Source of the DNA: Bugula neritina
Lineage: Eukaryota > Animalia > Bryozoa
Length of the DNA: 58,596 nucleotides
NCBI GenBank assembly: GCA_964035545.1
Contig: CAXIUT010000243.1
Span: forward strand, 1 to 58,596
Direction: 5' to 3'
The notes under the pieces are model-generated. The model ran no database searches, was not told the DNA's origin, and saw only the letters and a list, made by a program, of their open reading frames with translations. The first letter of the stretch is position 1. Each line of letters opens with the position of its first letter. The position numbers and the translations under genes were made by a program. Positions 1 to 12,976 of the stretch are shown here, piece after piece.

Positions 1-77
1 CCCAACCCCAACCCCAACCCCAACCCCAACCCCAACCCCAACCCCAACCCCAACCCCAACCCCAACCCCAACCCCAA
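1..77 (+). repeat. Left telomere, (CCCCAA)n
   Basis: Perfect CCCCAA hexamer array at the window start; Tetrahymena-type C4A2 repeat. Confidence 0.98.
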
Positions 78-103
78 ATACATATCATCAATACAAATAA
101 AGA

Positions 104-2602
104 TCATGAATTTTATATCTAACTATATTGGTTAACTTTCTGTTTTTAGTAGTATAGTGATGTTCCAACAACAAGAAACAAAGTTGTCAGAGTAATCAAA
201 CTAACAAGAACAAGCACGGGCACACAAACAACAGTAAACAATATTTTTTAGTTGTTATACATAGTAGTCCATATACTAGATATCAGACCCAACAGCAACA
301 CTCCCAAATATCTCATATTATTACTCTACAAATGATTCACATACTCTTTACTAAACGCCTTAGACTATATATTCTAGTCATCTCCATTCAGATCAGTCAA
401 ATTCACATGACTACCATACGAACTGTCTGACAACTTGACCTCAAGTCGACTCCTCTGCTGGATCATCCTGCAATTAAGCATAGTAAAAGTCATAATAAAT
501 GGAGCATTCAAATACACCATCAAACTAACACCATTCAGTACGATTGCGTAACTCTAAGAATATACATAGGTTTTAAGAATATCAACTCCAGAATATTCAT
601 AGCGATTGCCTAGCCACCACCAAATACACTTAGATAGCAAACTCATCATGATTGCGTAGTTATAGCAATGACAAAAATATCTTTAAATGTAAAAACATAT
701 TCCGAATATTATAGGAAAGTATAAACCCATGAATAATGATAAAAAATTTATTACTAAAAATTTTATATCACCCGCTAAATCTCTCTACCGACGCGTACCT
801 TCAGTCATCTTCAAAGCAACCAAATAACATACAATTGCAGTCGTTTGAAGAATACTAACCTGATATATAGGATTTTTGACCAAATGAGTAAAGAAGTAGT
901 TAGTATAACTCAAAGTACAGATAACTGTTCTTGCATAAAGAAATTGTAGTTATTGATTTGATGTTTTTTTCTTTAACATTTTAAATTAAAAAAAAGAATA
1001 TTTCAGATATAATATAAATTGGATCGTACCTACCAATATTTGAAACCATTTGTTGGTTATTATGGAATTAGCAGTTTATAGTCTCAAAATACTTGGTTTG
1101 TAGTCATTGGATTTATCAGGTTAAATTTGAGATAGCAAATAAACAGCAATAAATATTTATAGAATTGCATATGTTTTTTATTTGATAGCACTGTTTAATA
1201 GTATACCGAAGATGATGGCAATAGAAAAGCCCATAAGAAGAGCATTAGATAGATTTTGCATGATTCCCCAACTAAAATAAGCAATGAATAAAGTAAACAT
1301 CGGAAATCCTTAACAAAATATCAATAAAAACAATCTAGCCTAGCACAGAGAAAAAGCTCTTATTATTTAAACAGAAAATACATAAAGAATAATCCCAAAA
1401 GCCAATAGAGTCAACACACATGAAATAGTCAATACGCTAGTAGTATCAGGAGAAGAATATTTCAAAAAAGTCAATTTCTGACCAACAAATTACAAAGTTA
1501 TCTCTTGGTCATCGACCAGTACCTCCTCCTTGATCTTATTCTAGAACTTACTAGATTAGTCACTAGACAACGGATAATTGTAGAAGTTAAGCATCGTGTT
1601 GAAATGTCGATAGAGTTGTCGGTTGATATCTGTTATTTCTTTCTTAGATATCATCGATGCAGGCAGCATGTTTAATATTGGGTATCCTGTTGCGTCATTT
1701 GGCAAAGGAATATCTAACAGTAAAGCTAGAGTTGTTGTTATATCGCTGTGAGTGACTACACTCTTTCGTTTCTATGTGTATAGATCTTGAGCTTTAAGAT
1801 AACCAAAAATAAAGGTTTATATTTATTATTGACTACTTCCTCCGTGATTACCATCTGCTCTCATGCCATGATCTCCAGTAACCAAAAAGATAGTATTATC
1901 ATCGGCACTATCAAAAACTGTCTGCAAAAAATGTGAAAACTATTTGATTTTAACTTCCATGTGAGAATCAGTGATAGAACTAGTAGAATGTCCAACATGA
2001 TCAATTCCCAATAGATGTGCTACAATAAATTTTTATCCAATATGATGACTTTCTTTAGAATTAAGTGCTTGAGGTAAATTTTAATAGACAACTTTATCAC
2101 AAGTATCAAGATCATGTACGTCAAAAGTATTAATACAAACTTACTAACGTGTAAAATCAAATAATTTAGTCCATGTATTATCCCCTAAAATAAGTGATGT
2201 TTTATTGATTCTATTCAATTGCGATATTATGTTATCAGAATCGACTTTAGAAGCCAAAAAGGTCTTAAGAATATTCCCAGATGAAAATATCTATGATCCA
2301 GTCATCAATGACTCAATACGTTGAGTTGTCATTGTGGGATTGCCCACTCGAGATTTAGCCAAAAAAGTTTTATTAGGATAAATCTATCTTAGACTTTTTA
2401 TTATTGGAAAACGGTCCATGTAACTGTAACGAAGGGAGTCGATTATTATGAGAACTACTTGGCTGGGAACTCCTTTTGGATTTTATAGAAGTTTATTGTT
2501 TGATTGAGATGGTAGATGAGGATAAACTGAGAATTATACTTTGAAGAAGATGAAGAGGAAAAGTAAGAAGAGAACGAAAAAGATTTTTATCAATGAAATC
2601 AT
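104..2602 (-). CDS. PIGO: GPI ethanolamine-phosphate transferase, PIG-O/GPI13 family (~832 aa)
   Basis: With TAR=Glu: N-terminal TM, then VVLIIIDSLRY, GNPTMTTQRIESLMTGS, LGDNTW, TFDVHDLDTCD, AHLLGIDHVGH, GDHGM..GNHGGSSQEEIETFIFGY, and a hydrophobic C-terminal half. Length 2499 nt is a multiple of 3, ATG to TGA. Confidence 0.88.
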
Positions 2603-2766
2603 AGTTTATAATATCAATATCCAAGTAAAATAATATAATATTAAAGAAGCTAATAATAAAGATAAAACTATTGACTAATAAGCCAATCATATTTGATCTT
2701 CATTTACTTAAAAGTATAAAGAATGATTCATAATACTGAAATAATAGATATAAATAACATTCTAGA

Positions 2767-3805
2767 TCATTTATTTTTGAAAAGAACAGCATAAATACTT
2801 CCCAAAACCAACAACGCCCCAGCAAACATATCAGATTGACTTATTAATGATACCTAATCGTACTATAAAAATATCCAATCAGCACATTCAACTGAATCAT
2901 TATAGTAGATACTCCAGAATTAGTACCAATCAGCAACCCGAAATTAAACGTCAAATTGGCAAAAGCAATCACAGATCCACTATAAATATAAAGATATATA
3001 TCGAATTACTAAGATCTAGTAAACAAAGGTATCTTATTGTCATTAACATTAGATAGTGTCATACTCATGCATGAAAAAAAGAAATATCCTATAAGCGTAT
3101 TAACTAGCAACAACTAAGTAACAGAAGAATGGTGTTTGCTAGTAATAACAACTCCATAAGCAAATATTAAATTCAACACTATCACTCCCAAACAATTGGC
3201 CACAAACACAACCAACTAGTCAGAACTGTAGTCAAAAGTACTAGTAAAAGATGAAGTTCCCTCGATCAAACTATAGACATATCGACCATTAATCACAAGA
3301 ACCAGTCCAACGATAGCAACGGCAACAGCTTTAGCCTGTCCAGCAGTCACAGGCGTATGATATAGATAATGATTAAACATAAAAACAAATATGATGGAGC
3401 TGCTTGACAGGGTATAGAAGACAGGGAGAGGAAGATACATTTGAAAGAAAGCAACAAATAAACCATTAATCGATGATATCATTGCCCTTACCACCAGTAT
3501 TTTAAAATCTTTAGAATGAGTTAAATTAAATGATCGAGTACTTAGCATTATTATCGTTGTCTGGATAAATATTTGAGAAGTATAGCGAGAATAGTTCATC
3601 TATATCGGACTCGTCTTCTGCTCATTTGCATATATGTAACCTGATACCCATAGCAAACAAGATATTGGCATGCAAATAAAATTTGATAAATTTGTATTTG
3701 ATATAAATGGCAACACCTGAGCCGCTTGTATTGGTCCTGGTTCTTCTAGGACGAAAGAGGAAGGAATTTGTCTTTTTTAGGCATTTAAATCTATTATTTG
3801 CTCAT
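2767..3805 (-). CDS. EamA/DMT-family multi-pass membrane transporter
   Basis: Typical DMT helices (LVVRAMISS, YLPLPVFYTLSSSSIIFVFMFNHYL, VGLVLVI, GALLVLGS). Needs two 1-nt corrections in homopolymers (3773-3778, 2817-2820), so both ends are uncertain. Confidence 0.7.
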
Positions 3806-3845
3806 TATTTTTATATTATTAAATCAATACGCTAATTATATTGAA

Positions 3846-6329
3846 TCATGTAAATTTTTTAAAAGTAAAAACGTTGAATAGATAGCCTTTTCCTTCATAA
3901 AATTTGTTTTGAAACTAGACCCAATGCAACCTCAAAGAATGCAAAAAACATTCCAAACTGTCCATGCAAATCAATACTCCAAAAGTAACCATCAAATAGA
4001 AAGGAAACACCAAAAACAACTACATAAACATACACTTACACTAATAAGACCAGAATATCCTTTCTCCAATTGTTTCAAAACAGTCAACTGAAAGATAACC
4101 GATGATAGCTGGGCATGGGCAAGCGAAAGAGCCCACAAACGAAGATAAGAAGCCGTATTAGATACACTTCCCAGCACAAATTCAATAGTTTCTATAAACT
4201 GATGGACTACTATCTACTTGAACTATTCTTCTTAGTGCTATTCAGCTATATTATCAAATATTTACGTAACTTTCTATCATCATATTTTTTTAGTTACTAA
4301 CTAGAGTATTTGTCTTCTTTTATTTCTTACATTTCTATCTAATCATTCTATTCAGCCAACTATGATGACTGAACACGTTCTCTTCTTTTCTATTGCTCGC
4401 CTCTTTGAAAGTAAATGATGAGAGGTTTGGCTGCCAGCATGAGGAATACACAATAGGGCAACTAGGATAACAGTTCTTTATAGACTTCTTTCAGCAGGCC
4501 AGAAAAGTAGTTAATTTTATTTATCTTTAGCCATATTGACATAGATAGCAATCATAGTGGATATGATGGATGGAGCTTGATCAGTTTTTCCAGTATAATC
4601 AGTATTCCACTTATAGACAATAATAAAATCCATATAGACAAAAGTACAAGACATGAATATAATTTGCGGGATGGCAAGAGTAAACAAATCGACCCATTTA
4701 GACTGTCTAAAATTGTTATATATTTTCAAAAACAACCCCAACATCATATGAACCACCCCGAATATCACAGCCAACTTCATCTTAAGACTATTAGTAAACG
4801 ACATCTCATTGAATGCCACCTTCCAAATAGAGTCAATTCCGATAGGAAAGATACAGTTATCAAATTGCTACACAAATGATTTCTCTCCCTCTACTATAGT
4901 ATAGCAACTACTAAACACTCCAAGGTTTAATCCAAAAAACTAATTATAGATCAACCCGCAATATCCCATAAAAAATATAACAGTCCAAAACCATAGATTA
5001 GCCTTCAGTATTATCAACATAGGTATCGCCAGTAACATATGACCGATATCTCCAAACATAACTCCAATAAAAAAACCAAATGTCACGATATAAAACGGAG
5101 CAGGATTTATCTACGTATAAGATGGCACTCCATACGTGTTGACTATCTCCTGAGGAACCATCATCATGCAATTTGTATCAAATTTACTCGGAGGCATCTT
5201 CGGACTCTACAGCACATTCAAAGTCAAAGGAGGCAGGTTCTTTTTTGTTGAATTATCAGTGGCAACTACTTGGTAGGTATATATAGTCTAAAACGGGCGA
5301 GGGTCTTTGTTACTTATGTTGTCGATAGGGCACGATATATCTATCTTTCCTTTTTGGTGTAGAGTTCGATCTAAGAGAGCCAACTAGTGGCCGATCCCTA
5401 TCTTACTTCTGTCATTTTGAAGATATGTTTTCTTATGCCTTAGAAAGTTAGATCTTACATAGATTAGATATCGCTTATTCTTTGTTCTTTTCTTTGAAGT
5501 TCTTGTTTGAAATTACTCTTTTTTTGAACCATAACCGTACAACTCAAACAAGATAGAAGTTTATCATTTTAGATATAATTACTCCTCTTTCTCCTTTAGG
5601 AAAAACTACCAAACAAGCAACCTGATCCTTCAAAGCCTACTCCGCCAAAGCACGATGCTTCCTAGAAGTAAAATATCTATTTATCTAATCAATAGATATA
5701 TCAAGTTCATGAACCCAACAATTGCCCCTTGTTATCCTGAATATACTTCTTTTAAGCATAAGTAACTCCTTCCTTTTTATACCTACACACTTACTCTCGA
5801 ACATTGCACTTTTGTCATGCTCATCAAAACTTTCATACAGAGGATTCGCATCTCCTTGCAATAGCTGGATATTATCATGTTTGTCAAGAGTCACCAATAG
5901 ACTCATCTAAAGAACCAAATCGCTTATTTTCTTAGTAAAGTTTTAAACCTAGTGCATCTGGCTAGACAAATAGGCATGAGTATTAAGAACCTCCTCTTCA
6001 ATATGGTTGATATATAGATATCCTTATATCTTATTTTAAGCTATTATCCTCCGAAATGATCTCCATACCGGTCTGGTATCTTAGACTCCTTTCAGTTAGA
6101 AATTGATCCAACTTTTGCACTGACCAAGAACCACCTTGATTGCATCAATTTTAGCTAATAACTACTCACAACGCCGATAGTTTTTGATGAAGGGGTTTTC
6201 GTAGTTGATTAGATTAGATTCAAAGGCGATCTTTTAATCTTAGCCGAGCTGGTTAAGAACATCCCATGCTATTTCAGTAGGAACCAAAGCTTCACAGTAC
6301 GTCATCTTCTAGGGAAAGAAATATGCCAT
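3846..6329 (-). CDS. ATP6V0A: V-type H+-ATPase V0 subunit a
   Basis: MAYFFPEKM start; [13 protein letters not shown]; [16 protein letters not shown]; [30 protein letters not shown]; [21 protein letters not shown]. One 20-nt intron plus probable indels around 5250-5560. Confidence 0.95.
4020..4039 (-). other. 20-nt spliceosomal intron (V-ATPase a)
   Basis: GTAAGTGTATGTTTATGTAG; removal restores the frame into [15 protein letters not shown]. Confidence 0.88.
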
Positions 6330-6439
6330 TTTGTTTTTAAATATTGAAATTACAGATTCAAAAATATCTATCTTAAAAGTTAACGATTAATACAAAACAA
6401 TAGCTGATTGATAATCAATTAAAAGATATTCACTTTCAG

Positions 6440-9435
6440 TCAAAACAAATTATAAAAGTAGTTGAAGACATCTTCACTCTATTTCTTTTCTTCCTAGTAT
6501 TTCTTTATTATCCCAGCCTTCTACTTCTTAATACTCTTTTATCTCTCTTGCCTTAGAACCTAAGAACCCTTAAATGCATAGTTCGATAATGAAAACCCAA
6601 GAGGTTTCTATTTAGAATCCACTAACTTCAGTTTCTTTTTTTGCTCAGAAGATTATGATGACTAAATACTCTCAAATCCAGGCTTCCAGTTGTATTGTTT
6701 AAGGTCCTTAAATCTACTGACTTCAACTTTATTTATTCTCTTCTTTATTAGCTAGTCATCATCCGAATCAGATGCCTCAATCTTTGATCTTCTTCTAAAT
6801 TTTTAAGGCAGAACTAATTGCTGACCTTTGTTACCTTTTTGAACTGGTTTAGTCAACTCTTGGTCTATTTACCAATTATTAGTTCCATTTTTATTTTGAT
6901 CCTTTAATTTTTTAATAGTAGTATCCTTTTTAGTTTATTTTTTCTTATTATTAGCTTGTTTGTTATCATAGTTTAGAGAAGTGCTTCTTGTTTTCTCAAA
7001 AGAAAGTTAAACTTGTTTCTTAGCTGGCTCTAAACTTTTCCTCTGGACATTATCTTTCAACCCACTAGGTTAAGTATCAAATTTAAACATCTTATCTCCC
7101 TTCAATTTATAAAACTAATCGAATCCAATAATACCTTCTTTGACAAGTCCTATCTTATACTCTTCATAATGATTTTTAGGAAAATAAACCATAATTTATC
7201 TACAATTCTGATGCATATACTTATAGTAATAAAGATAGTTCTTATGATCTCCAACACATACAGTCACACCCTTATACTTCTATGTAAAATTTTAAACTAC
7301 TATCACCTTCAAAATCACCTTCCCCGTCATACTGTCATGCTCAATACAAGTTCGAATACTATTTCGATATATCTACACATCTTTTTTGTTGTATTCATCT
7401 AACCACCTCGATGAAGCCAGTTCTACATCTCAATTGATTCTTGTAATGGCTAGACAGACCTAACTCCTTTTAAATTGGTTTATTTTGCATTACTATTGGA
7501 TTTTACAAGGTTTATGTCTTTTTATGAATATTACCATTGTTTATTTGCAAAATAGTTTTGATATTTAACTGCCCAATAATACAACCAAAAGTTTTTCAAC
7601 TAAAATCCTAAAGTCTTAACACAATTATTTAACCTTTTAAGAAGCACCAAAATATCTGAAGCTTGTCTTCTCATTTCCCAATACTCAATATGAAATTTCG
7701 ATAACTAAGCCTGAACCAATACAAAAGCCTTTCTCTATGCAGTTGAAATAGCCTCCTTTATAGCATACTTATTTCTCTAGTTAATTTGTTTTAAAGTTTT
7801 CCTCTCCTCTATCTTCGATGTATACTTTCCAATTTCTTCACATTTACATAGAGTCATTAGAAAATGTCTAGGTGATTCCATTTCTGCTATTTCAGATATG
7901 ATCAGAGATATCGATCTAACTTCTACTGCATTTTTGGATATACTAATAGAAAGAGGTCTAGGAGAAACTCTATTACTATCTTCTGTAAAATTGACAATAT
8001 TGAGATTTGAAAGTGTTCTAGCTGCTTTAAGGCAATTAATTTTGATAAACTGTTATATTTATCCAGTAATTCCATAAGTTTTAGGAGATTTTTTCATTCT
8101 AATATAGCAAAAACTATTAAAAAAGTAAGTCTAAATATCTTATAATGATAAAATAGAACCCAAAGATATTTAGGCATTGATGTGTTCAAGCATATGGTTG
8201 AATAGTTGAGATTAAAGATTCTAGAGTTAAAGTTTTGAATTATATCGATTGTAATTTGATTTTTGAGTCATTATTACCACTGTTCCTTACGTATCGAAAC
8301 GTGGTCGTCCTGCTCTTCCCATCATCTGCTCTATCTCTATTCTTGTATACTATTCATAGCCTTTAGCTGATCCTCGATAGCATTGAGTTGATTTGATAAT
8401 AACAAGTCGAGCTGGTAAGTTTATACCCATTGATAGTGTACTAGTTGTACAAAGAACCTTTATCTTCAATTAAAGAAATAGTTTTTATACAATATTGCGG
8501 TCCTGAAATGAAAGACCAGCATTGTGAAAGGCAACTCCTTGAGGAAGCATTGTTTGAAGTTTTGAATTAACGACATTTTTTGAAGCCTGAATCAAAGACA
8601 TCAACTGCTTGTCATTTTATATGAATTATCTCTATCGCATTTGAGTTATTATTTGTTCACAAGCTTGTTGAGTTCCTTTCTGAGTTGGACAAAACACTAA
8701 AGTTCCCTTCTTTTCACTGTATTGCCTCACTGCTTCAAGAAGTTTATAGTTAAGAAGTCTTTCAAAGGTAAATGGATTGCCTGAATGAGCAAATCCAGCA
8801 ATAACAGTTTTAATTTGAACTGGTCTATACTCCTAGCCAAAAGTACAAATCGTTGATTTTGGACATCTGAGCCATTGACCTACTTAATTGATATTAGGAA
8901 TAGTAGCTGATACAGCAATAATCCTCACTTAGGAATTCAAGCTCATAATTCTGCTGACAATTGCTTCAAGAGTAGCTCCTCTTTCTTCATAATTAAGCAT
9001 ATGAATTTAGTCAATCAGAAGTAATTTTATCTGTTTGAGATAATCCAAGTTCTGTCTCGAAAGGTAGTCTATCTTTTCAGGAGTTCCAACAGCAATGTGA
9101 CTGTAAAGAAACTTATCCATTCCATTTTCCAAAGAATCACCAGTCACTTCTGACACTGAAAGAGATTTTGAAAATTTAGAATTCCAATCTGTATATTTTT
9201 CATGACATAAACTTTTAATTGGAGCTAGATACAGGCATATAGGACTAGGCAACTCTTTGTATTTGAGAATAGACATCTAGAATATAGCTGTTTTTCCTGA
9301 TGAAGTAGGTGCTGAGACTATCATGTTGTAGTCTGTTTTCATAATTTTAGGAAGACATGCTTTTTGAATAGGATTGAAGTCTTGGAAGTCAAAGAAGCCC
9401 TGTAGTGAAGGATACTCTCTTAGAATACTTTGCAT
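6440..9435 (-). CDS. MER3: Meiotic DExH helicase MER3/HFM1
   Basis: FNPIQ; VSAPTSSGKT; LIDEIH; RGATLE; SATIPN; FGEEYRPV; FERLLNYKL; HNAGL; TSTLSMGINLPARLVIIKST; QMMGRAGRPRFD; then a Sec63-like region. Single helicase cassette of ~1000 aa. One frame break at about 7385. Confidence 0.85.
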
Positions 9436-9535
9436 TTAATTATAGAGTCAAACAGTCACAACTCTTTTGAGTCAGATTCAGCCAAACATTTATAATATTA
9501 ATTTTTAAGGTATGATAATTATAAGTTAATTGAGA

Positions 9536-10839
9536 TCACAGCCGAAGAAATATCTTAAATTTGAATAGAAGTCCTCCAGCTAAAGTCAAAACAACTCCAT
9601 AAAAGAAAGTATAAATCAAAGTACCCATATATGCTCCCATCCAAGAAAAAACAGCATCATATAGAGCAATAAAAGGAGTACGATCATCTCCCCATGATAT
9701 CCATCCATTAAGAATATCACCAGTTAGCTGGAGCAAAATAAATACTGCCAATGGATTGAGACCAAGCCAGTTGAATGGCTGAATAATTGTTTGAATTTTT
9801 CCTTTGGCTGAAGGATAAAGTTTAGGTAAAATATCGATGGTTATCATCAAAAAAGAAAGTATTACGGCACAAGAACCCAAAGTTATAAACACAAATGTTG
9901 TTGTGTATAATCTTTTGTTGAAAGGCATGACTAATGAACTTGGATATACGCATAGAAAACAGATAAAAGCAAAAACTAACCAATTTTTAACCAATTTTTA
10001 TGGTTATTTTTTCAACTTCATCACCATAATGCCAAATAAATATCCGATATAGGTAGTAAAAGCAGCTGTAATAGTTGAAATAAGACCCTAAGGATCAGTT
10101 TTTTACATAATATGATCTTCTGTAAAGACAGCCCGATCCACAAAACCAGCAAAATTACAAAAAGGTTAAAGATTATTTTATTTTTTGCAACCAATCGATT
10201 CGTCAGACCAAGTAAGCATCAAAACAACATAAAGAAGAACAAATGCTATCATAACTAAACCTGCTATCGTTCTTTTTGTAATATTAGTTCCATACTACGT
10301 AACCCAATGAATGAAAAGATTGATCCCGTAGCATAGAGCCAATCTCTGCAAAATACCTAATATTCTCACTAAATAACGATATTTTTACAATGAGGAAAAT
10401 CGAATGATTAAATGATATTAAGGACAAGTCCAATAGCAAATAAAGCAAATACTCTTATAACGTTTTTTCTTTGTATAGGTCTACCTTTACTCACAGCTAG
10501 CGGAATAGCCATACCCATAATAAACAAGAAAGCAGGAAAAACAAGATCAGCGCATGATAGACCATTCCAATCAGGATGAATCAACCACCACACAGCTCCA
10601 TCTATCCTATACGTCTGATCCGCCAGTATCATTCCAAATACAGTCAGACCTCTGTAGACGTCAAGAGACAGAAGTCTTTATTTTGTTGATGCTGATGGTT
10701 TCTTTTCTTCTTCGTTATTTTGTTCTATCTTTTAGGGATTTAAACTCGATTCAGGATTATTAATTTGATCTTCAAGCAGTTGAGAGTTTAGCTCTTTTAT
10801 TTTTTCACTCTACTATACCTATGAATCCTTATTTAGCAT
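9536..10839 (-). CDS. HGSNAT: Heparan-alpha-glucosaminide N-acetyltransferase-like membrane protein (~427 aa)
   Basis: RLLSLDVYRGLT; HPDWNGLSCADLVFPAFLFIMGMAI; RILGILQRLA; DPEGLIST; PFNKRLYT; WLGLNPL. Intron at 10369-10388. Confidence 0.9.
10369..10388 (-). other. 20-nt spliceosomal intron (HGSNAT)
   Basis: GTAAAAATATCGTTATTTAG; removal gives FPHLRILGILQR. Confidence 0.88.
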
Positions 10840-10933
10840 TTTTAACAATAATAAAATTATGTCGACTATTTAACAATAATAAATCTTAAAAGAATGCTAG
10901 ATTATTTATTTGTTGGAAATCAAGAAGGTTTTT

Positions 10934-12712
10934 TCAATTATTGTCTACTTTAATTGAACTTTCAAGTTTATAATTAGACTATTCTGCCTGAAGGTGTTTC
11001 TTCAATAATGAATCATTGTCTTTTAAATCAAAATTTCCACCTAACTCATTTAAAGCTTTCTTCTTTTATTTCGATCTTTCCTCTCTCTCCTGATAATTCC
11101 TCTCTTAAATACTTTCCTGATGTATGATTTTTGCATCTTGATGAGTTTTATAATGAGGATCTTCTTTTAGTGAAGCACTATTCGATAAACCAATCGATTT
11201 GTTATCTTATTTTGATTAATTTTATATTTTTCTACTCATTTGACTGGGATAGTTAGTCTGTATTTTATTTTTAGTGTCAGATATCAAATCAGAAAGAGTA
11301 TTTTTAGAGATAGCCTATGGATTTTAAGCCATATGAAATGGTTTTTTATGTCTCAGATCATTAATATTAGAATACCCAGTAATTCTATTTTTGAAGACAG
11401 ATGAAGTATCTTCAGCCTCTTTTAAATATTTACTAAATTGATTTTTATGATGATTATGTTCTATAGGTTTAAAATATCTATTATTAGCTTTAGAAGGCAA
11501 AATAGGTAAAGAACATTTTCTCCTCTGAAGTTGCTGTGATCTCTATTTAATCTTAACTTCTTTGGGTAAGACCTGACTCATGCTCTAAGAATTATAAACC
11601 TTTATCTTATCTTAATGAACTATTTTAGATTAATTAACAACAGACTAATTATTAAAATGAGGATTATTGAATAGAGATAACTTTCCATGACTAAGTTGTT
11701 TTTTATGAAGCGATTTATGAATGATATCTTTATAGCAATTATAGAAATCACTAGAACTATACTTGATTGCATGAGATTGCAATTTAGCTACAAATTAATG
11801 ATAATATTTAACATGCAAAGCATTAAGCAAAAGCTAAATATGAATCAAACTTCTAGGATCGATATTTTAATGTACTTTAATAGCAACATAAACCAATGCC
11901 AATAGAAATGATTAATAGTTCATGTATTTTTGTAAATATGATGTTTTCCTAAACACATTCAATAGTATGCTTTTGCTTATATTGTTATTATGCTAGGTTT
12001 TTCTTTTGAATTATACCATTTTTAGAAGATCAAAATCTCTACAAAATAACATAAATCTATTTAATGTCAATATGTCCAAAGATTGAGTTACATCGTCAAA
12101 TGTATTTGTTCTTTTATGCTAGTTTTATATCACAAATCTGCAATAGTGTTTATAAACTATTTTCAACTGGTTTTTATACATATGAACCATCTATAACGAC
12201 TTTTTCATTACGTTTTATTGCTATTATAATGACAATTCTCCAAACACTTTTTTACCTTTATTGCTTATCTATGGCTTTTTGACTTATGCCAAAGAAGTAC
12301 CTTTAGCTAACTAAAATTAGTTAATATTCTAATACTATTAGTTTGGGTGTTAATTGACTCTTGATGATGACATATCTTCATTGATCCATCTCCAGATTTC
12401 AAGACAATCAGAAAGATCAAAGGATTTTTGTTATTAATGAATAAAAGGTATTTAACCTTTAGATAGACTTCCTAGCTATTTCTGTTGAATATATTTAAGA
12501 ACAAAGCTATGAATTTTTTATTTGAATTCTTTAGTATTAGTTTGAAGAGTTTATTGATTTGAGTATGGCTTTAGTTTTTCATTTTTTTGAGCTACAAGCA
12601 ATACAAATTATTTAGTTTTAGGCAGTGATATTTTCAATTCGTTATTAGGATTGACAATTTGCCAACTTTTATCCACAATAAAAGAATTCTATGAGTAAAG
12701 ACTATCCTTCAT
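10934..12712 (-). CDS. Hypothetical protein (~592 aa)
   Basis: ATG-TGA frame is consistent at every point checked; contains VYKHYCRF...TFDDVTQSLDILTLNRFMLFCRDF. No family recognised. Confidence 0.6.
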
Positions 12713-12976
12713 AAATTTATTAACCTTCAAAAATATAATCAAATCAAATATCATATCAACCAATTAGTCATGAAATAAAATAATCACTAAATTGATCATT
12801 AAATCTATAAATATCTCAATCAATTGAATAAAACTCAAAAATACTATAAATAATATAAAATACTATAAAATATGATAATAATCAAATAAGTTAATATTGG
12901 TATGATTAGAAGAAAAAGAGGAAAAGATGTGTTAAAAGAATGATAAAATAGTAAACTAGATCATTATTCTAGATAA

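Noticed and set aside
2493-2690. 65-aa supplied ORF as the PIG-O N-terminus
   Set aside because: It is in a different frame from the IDSLRY motif; the in-frame ATG is at 2602.
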